From: Armatimonadota bacterium
GTDB taxonomy: Bacteria > Armatimonadota > UBA5829 > DTJY01
Assembly (NCBI GenBank): GCA_963663705.1
Contig: OY760504.1
Coordinates: 2,711,217-2,775,216 of the forward strand
Length of the DNA stretch: 64,000 bases
Direction of reading: 5' to 3'
This document shows, one piece after another, positions 62,001 to 64,000 of the stretch (within the stretch, counting starts at the first letter, position 1; each line of letters begins with the position of its first letter). The notes below the pieces were generated by a model, which saw only the letters and a list, made by a program, of their open reading frames with translations, searched no databases and was not told the origin of the DNA. The translations under genes were made by a program, and so were the position numbers.

Positions 62001-64000
62001 ATGGAACTTAAAAGTGAAAACCTAAGCATTTCTGTAAGTGAGTTGGGAATTGTGGAGTCTATCCGGCTCATTGATAGAGAATATGAATTTATCTCGGGAG
62101 CTCCGGGTTATTCGGCGGTTGAAGATTGCATGAAGGAACGTATCATCGGGGGGCCAGACTGCGAAACTCCGCAGGTGGAGACTCGAGTGGAAAATAGCGC
62201 GATTTTCATTTCGAGGCTCTTCCCGAGCAGCGGACTGACTATAGAAGATATCTTTTCATGTGATTCAGGAGCCATAAGGTGGAAAGTACGTGTATCTACT
62301 TGCGATGAAGTTCCTCGAACTGCACATGTCTATATGGTTCTGCCTGTATTGGGACAGGACCGCCATGTCTTCGTTGCTCACAATGATGCTCCACTGGCGC
62401 CACAGAATTTTCGCCATCTGCGGTATGTATACGGCGGAGATATGTTCAGAGGCGAACTGCATAGGGCTGTCGCATTACCTGTCGTTACGTTTTATCAGCC
62501 CCAAGCAGATGCGGGTTTGACGTGCGCCGTACCTGCGGGATCGTCTGTGCCGATCATATGGTATTCTATGTTCCACGAGTCAGATAAGGTCGGTTTTGTG
62601 AGCAAGTTTACCAATATGCGGCTCTCTGCCAATTGTCAGATCGAGATTGATATGCTCATACATGGGCATGGTGGAAACTGGCAGGATGGTTTGGCATGGT
62701 ACAGCGAAAGATATCACGACTACTTCACGGTCAAGAACGAGGATGTCTACAAATCAGAGGGAGCTATGCTCTGCTCTCATGTTTTGCACACCGAGGACGA
62801 GATCAAGAGATGGAATCGGCAGGGATTTGCATGGCAGGAATTGCATGCTAACATGCTCTCTTTCTATGGTGAATATATGCCGGAGGAAGATTCTTGGGAG
62901 ACAATCAACTCCCGATACCTGGCTAGAAACCTTGACCTCGGAAAATTGGCTCTCCTTGATCCTCTCGGCGGAGAGTATGACGCGTTAGTTCAGGATGCGC
63001 CCGATCCGTATCTGAGCAAAGACAGGCTGCGCGACTATATCGATCTTCTGCACAAAAACGGCGTGGCTGCTTTCATCTACTTTAACCCCGTTCTCTGCGA
63101 TAAACATATCGTCGGACAATTTGAGTCCGATATCGCCAGAAACTAAGATGGTACTCCTTGCGGTGATGGATACTACTTTGGCGTAAGCATGAACCCTGAT
63201 CCGAACGGATGCTGGGGTCGGTACTTGATCGCACAGGTAGAGCGTATGATGCTCGAGTTCCCGAACTGCGATGGCATATTCTACGATGAGGCACATTACC
63301 GCCACTACGATTTCGCCCATGATGATGGCATCACCATGGTTCATAACAAATCATGCTGTATGCTAGGCTTTCCCATGGTTGAAATGGCCGAGCGTATCTG
63401 CGGAATCGTCCATGCTGCAGGAAAGGTTGTATGGGCTAACGGCCCGACGAGTATTGAGATAGCCAAATATTTGGATGGATTCATGGCCGAGCACAGCAGT
63501 GTATGGATGGGTACAGTTCAGTATTTTGGCTTGGAGAAACCGATGGTGCTGCTTGCCGGTGGAGATTCTATCGATGAACTCTGGAACGGATTCAAAAAAG
63601 CGCTGATATGTGGAGGACAGCCGGACGTACTGTGGCAACTTGATGAGAGCGCCATTCCTGGCGATTCTAAGGAAAGCTTTGCACCTAAACCGGCCGATGA
63701 TCCTGATCGCCAGGCGCTTTGCATGGCTTTCAGGCCTCTACTGGATCTGATTAAAGGACGCAAATGGATACTCCTGCCAAGCCTACTCGAATTACCGGAA
63801 GGCGTAATCGGCAATTGTTTCAAACTTAGGGATGGCTCTATTGCGATACCGTTGGCGGTGGACCGGCCGCTGAGCAATATAACGATAAGGCTCAAGAATA
63901 CGCTTCTGTCTGATCATGCGAAAGCTGAGATTATTACAACGGAGGATGCATTTGCATCGAATGTATCGATTATATCTGGTGATAGATATGCATCGATCGA
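62001..64000 (+). pseudogene. Paralog of 13497..15539 interrupted by an in-frame TAA at 63144-63146; 3' end lies beyond the window
   Basis: DIARN-TAA-DGTPCGDGYYFGVSMN here against DIARNEDGTPCANGYYFGVSMN in the paralog. Homology continues in the same frame to the window end. Confidence 0.55.

Noticed and set aside
1-64000. Search for rRNA, tRNA and CRISPR arrays
   Set aside because: No direct repeats with regular spacers were seen, no rRNA-like conserved stretches, and no convincing tRNA cloverleaf or T-loop motifs in intergenic regions. tRNAs cannot be fully excluded without a dedicated scan.

Overview
This 64 kb window is chromosomal DNA with a high-GC coding style. It looks like a PVC-superphylum bacterium, most likely a Planctomycetes-like organism. 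The main pointer is four paralogous prepilin-type proteins with the [35 protein letters not shown]-terminus and a C-terminal H-X9-DG motif (GFADGHVKW / FGDGHVKWY), i.e. the DUF1559 family. The window is dominated by carbohydrate catabolism. It holds secreted multidomain glycoside hydrolases, one with a CBM9-like C-terminal module, and a CE7 acetyl-xylan esterase. It has five Gfo/Idh/MocA oxidoreductases and five xylose-isomerase-like TIM-barrel isomerase/epimerases, a class I xylose isomerase, and a NagA-like amidohydrolase. There is an ABC sugar transporter and a long minus-strand catabolic operon with an unusual enzyme mix, plus three AraC-type regulators and one partial LacI-type regulator. 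The region between about 39.5 and 42.5 kb is an IS graveyard. It contains an intact IS3-family element with a programmed -1 frameshift site and a 245-bp duplicated 5' end. Next to it are a second, degenerate IS3 copy and a fragment of an older transposase. Together they have deleted the 5' half of a GH78 alpha-L-rhamnosidase gene. Other IS scars lie at 11.3-11.9 kb and 24.6-24.9 kb. A relic duplicate of the 19.5 kb locus lies at 12.0-12.2 kb. Non-coding signals include a shared operator-like motif upstream of three sigma70-like promoters and repeated intergenic blocks with an AAGCGCTT palindrome. A ~300-bp hairpin-rich element occurs in inverted orientation at both ends of the window. There is also a paralog pair of unknown function, one member carrying an in-frame TAA, and a frameshifted secreted hydrolase gene. 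No rRNA or CRISPR array was found, and no tRNA was recognisable by eye.
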